Positions 61,617 through 64,000 of a stretch of DNA of 64,000 nucleotides are shown in pieces. The DNA comes from an uncultured Fidelibacterota bacterium (GTDB lineage Bacteria > Fidelibacterota > Marinisomatia > Marinisomatales > UBA1611), in contig CAJWHW010000001.1 of the NCBI GenBank assembly GCA_913040915.1, positions 70,240 to 134,239 of the forward strand, given 5' to 3'. Each line of letters begins with the position of its first letter. The first letter of the stretch is position 1. The notes under the pieces are model-generated. The model was not told the origin of the DNA. It saw only the letters and a list, made by a program, of their open reading frames with translations, and searched no databases. The translations under genes and the position numbers were made by a program.

Positions 61617-62627
61617 TTATTCCCACCCAGCTTGGTCGAATAATTTAACTGCAACTGCATTATTCTGACCTAAGATTGACAGATGTATATCTTCTGCTTT
61701 GAAAATACCCCATTTCATAAGAGTTTTAGCACTAGTGTTTTTATAGTCAAGAGGATATTCATAATTACTTTCAGAAAATACTTTTTGATTTTCTTTTTCT
61801 GTTAAAAACTCCAAGAATTTTATAGCTTCTTTTTTATTTTTGGAACTTGCAGTAACCGCTCCTCCACTTACGTTTATGTGTGTTCCTCTCCCATTTTGAT
61901 TTGGAAAAAACACATTTAGCTTTTTTGCGACTTCACGATCTGCTTTATCTGGAGAATTTTCCAGAAGACCCAAATAATAGGTATTAATTAATGCTATATC
62001 AGCCACCCCAGAAGCTACAGCTCTAGCCTGATCTCTATCGTTACCACGAGGTTTTCTAGCCATGTTTCTTCTGACTGATTTTGCCCATTTTAAAGCATTT
62101 GCAGTCCCATTTACATTGATCAAAGATGCCATTAGAGATTGATTGTAAATATTATTTGATGATCTAACTACTATTCTACCCTTCCACTTAGGATTTGCTA
62201 AATCTTCATATGTTGATAATTCAGTATTCTGTATTCTATCTTTTGCATATACTATCACTCGTGCTCTGACAGTTAGGCCAAACCAATAATTCTCATTATC
62301 TCTCATAATTTCAGGAACATTATGGATTAATCTATTAGACGAGATCGGTTCTAATAATCCAAGATTTTTTGCCCTCACTAATCTACCAGCATCAACGGTT
62401 AATAAAACATCTGCAGGTGAATTTTTTCCTTCACTTTGAAGTCTTTGGATTAGCTGATCTGCACTACCTTTGATGATATTGACTTCTATACCAGTAAGTT
62501 TCGTAAACTTTTCGTATAAAATCTTGTCAGAGTCATAATGTCGATGGGTGTATACATTTATATCAGCCAATAGAAAAGATACAACGTATATAAATGCAAT
62601 TTTCTGTTTTAATTTTTTTATTAACAT
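61617..62627 (-). CDS. Fe(III) ABC transporter substrate-binding protein (FutA/FbpA-like)
   Basis: NVYTHRHY, ADVLLTVDAG, RSSNNIYNQSL, NTYYLG, GTHINVSG. ATG at 62627 with AGGA SD preferred. Confidence 0.92.
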   Translation of the reverse strand: MLIKKLKQKIAFIYVVSFLLADINVYTHRHYDSDKILYEKFTKLTGIEVNIIKGSADQLIQRLQSEGKNSPADVLLTVDAGRLVRAKNLGLLEPISSNRLIHNVPEIMRDNENYWFGLTVRARVIVYAKDRIQNTELSTYEDLANPKWKGRIVVRSSNNIYNQSLMASLINVNGTANALKWAKSVRRNMARKPRGNDRDQARAVASGVADIALINTYYLGLLENSPDKADREVAKKLNVFFPNQNGRGTHINVSGGAVTASSKNKKEAIKFLEFLTEKENQKVFSESNYEYPLDYKNTSAKTLMKWGIFKAEDIHLSILGQNNAVAVKLFDQAGWE

Positions 62628-62884
62628 TTGATTTTTCCTATATATAGTAACAATCAAATATAATTTGGACTTCTTAATCAGTTTATATAATGATAAACCA
62701 AGAATCTATAAATATGTGAAAATGCTAAAAAGATAAAACTCTTTTAAACGATTTAAGAATTTTCAAGTATCTATCAACATAATCATTAAACTTGATAATG
62801 TTACTAAAATGAGAAAAGACCTTATCATAAATGATTTAATGTTTTTTTTAGTTTGATATCAACCTCAAATTACTAGAAAAACAA

Positions 62885-62903
62885 ATTGAGATTCAATCTC
62901 AAT
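62885..62903. promoter_or_regulatory. Fur-box-like 9-1-9 operator upstream of the iron uptake operon
   Basis: ATTGAGATT-C-AATCTCAAT perfect inverted repeat, about 260 bp upstream of the binding-protein gene. Confidence 0.65.
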
Positions 62904-62994
62904 AATTAATTTATTATAATCTATTTCACCTTATTTGAACAAGTATGATAAGTATTAATTAAACTAAAAAAAGCTCCATCTATAGGGAGTATCC

Positions 62995-63150
62995 TTATAT
63001 TTCTCCAGATGAATCCAATCTATACAATTTTCTACCAGCTGATAAAATCATGTCTCCATTACCTATTGAGATAATGTTGCCACTTTTATTGATACTGCGG
63101 ACTTTCTTTTGACTACTTTGTGCGGAAGGGAGATTTACAGCTAAAACACC
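62995..63150 (-). pseudogene. Probable 3' gene relic
   Basis: Stop-to-stop frame ending NIISIGNGDMILSAGRKLYRLDSSGEI*, similar in style to the propeller blades of 55276-56748, followed by a hairpin and T-tract. Confidence 0.35.
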
Positions 63151-63167
63151 TTAGGCATACGCCTGTG

Positions 63168-63196
63168 AAAACAAAAAACCCCACGAATGTGGGGCT
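63168..63196 (-). terminator. Intrinsic terminator (same hairpin family)
   Basis: Minus strand AGCCCCACATTCGTGGGGTTTTTTGTTTT. Confidence 0.8.
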
Positions 63197-63236
63197 AGTG
63201 ATTGTATTATAAAATAAAAGTATAAGAGTAAAATCC

Positions 63237-63479
63237 TTATGAGAAAATTTCTTTAATAAGTCTTCTTGTAATAACAAATAGAAATAAACCAACAAATATT
63301 ATACCTATGGGTATTCCAATAATATTAAAGGAAGATTCCCACCTATAGTTGGGCTCACTATTGAATAATTCAAATGACTCATAAACTAACCAAATAAAAA
63401 TTATAAGAACATTAAAAAACAATACCCATAGTCCAATCTTTGTTGCTCTTTCTTCAGATTTAATGTAACTCTTATCCAT
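63237..63479 (-). CDS. Small hypothetical two-TM membrane protein (possibly a fragment)
   Basis: 80-aa ORF with two hydrophobic segments, followed by a terminator. Confidence 0.5.
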   Translation of the reverse strand: MDKSYIKSEERATKIGLWVLFFNVLIIFIWLVYESFELFNSEPNYRWESSFNIIGIPIGIIFVGLFLFVITRRLIKEIFS

Positions 63480-63542
63480 ATAGTGAGAGGGTTAAAAGTG
63501 TAAAAAATGAATATATATGATTTCAATTATATTCCCTAATTG

Positions 63543-63574
63543 AATCTACCCATCATCCCAGAAACAAAAAACCC
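63543..63574 (-). repeat. Conserved intergenic element, copy F
   Basis: Minus strand GGGTTTTTTGTTTCTGGGATGATGGGTAGATT; 2 mismatches and one T indel versus copy C. Confidence 0.8.
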
Positions 63575-63889
63575 AATATATATATAGGCTATTTATATAC
63601 CACATACACCCCACACATACCCCCCCAAGAATGAATAAAATTGATAAGTGCTTAAAATATTACAAAAAATAATATTACAATGTGTGTTTACCTTATTTTA
63701 GCATACACGCCCCCCATAATCCTAATCTTCTTGAGAAAAGTAAGTTGAGTTAATGCATTTTATTTTGATTCGTTCTGTGGGGGATAGGGATGTACATATG
63801 TACTTTTGATTCCATACGCCTATAGGGGTGTGTCCATCATTATCGTGTCCATTATTTGGGTATGATTTGAATACTTTTGAATAGATATG

Positions 63890-63923
63890 AAACTAAAAGC
63901 CCCCAGTAGTTACCGAGGGCTTT
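63890..63923 (-). terminator. Terminator downstream of tRNA-Lys
   Basis: Minus strand AAAGCCCTCGGTAACTACTGGGGGCTTTTAGTTT. Confidence 0.75.
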
Positions 63924-63951
63924 GTGAGAGGTAGTTGGTATTTTCCTCAAG

Positions 63952-64000
63952 TGATCCGGGTGCGACTCGAACGCACGACCAATGGCTTAAAAGGCCACTG
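63952..64000 (-). tRNA. tRNA-Lys(UUU), 5' part outside the window
   Basis: Minus strand GTGGC-CTTTTAA-GCCAT anticodon arm, GTGCG-TTCGAGT-CGCAC T arm, CCGGATC-A acceptor strand. Confidence 0.9.

Noticed and set aside
63120..63136. Possible tRNA-Leu 3'-end fragment (minus strand AAATCTCCCTTCCGCAC) as an att scar
   Set aside because: Only 17 nt, one base short of T-stem plus acceptor geometry, with no GTTC and no source tRNA in the window to compare.
56765..63923. CRISPR array or canonical integron attC sites
   Set aside because: Repeats are separated by whole genes and are degenerate. Only copy B has AAC...GTT inverted ends (GATAAAC/GTTTATC), which do not fit RYYYAAC/GTTRRRY. No cas or intI gene is seen.

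Overview
AT-rich bacterial chromosome segment. Gene content and protein style (long FCB-type LpxC, short Adk, several secreted proteins ending in an 'NYPNPFNP' C-terminal domain, GCxDxxAxNY Cys repeats) suggest an FCB-superphylum marine organism, most plausibly Ca. Marinimicrobia/SAR406; this is an inference. Bases 1-53.8 kb are mostly housekeeping: ferredoxin-Mrp; a uppS-bamA-skp-lpxD-lpxC-fabZ-lpxA-dxr-rseP envelope operon; nfeD-floA; a nucleoside salvage operon; dnaG with three coupled uncharacterised envelope genes; a TonB-dependent receptor; gpmA; tRNA-Ile2; rlmB; upp. Bases 53.9-64 kb form an accessory region downstream of a tRNA-Lys gene. All its genes are on the minus strand and are separated by a recurring hairpin+T-tract element, which in three copies continues into a conserved promoter-like tail. 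It holds two lipoproteins with an almost identical Cys-rich N-terminal module but unrelated C-termini, an Fe(III) ABC transporter with a perfect 9-1-9 operator, and gene relics. Other points of note: lpxA has no ATG/GTG/TTG start, Mrp lacks its CxxC, and an orphan DNA methyltransferase has DPPE in place of DPPY. No CRISPR array, integrase, transposase or rRNA was seen. All calls come from reading motifs; no searches were run.
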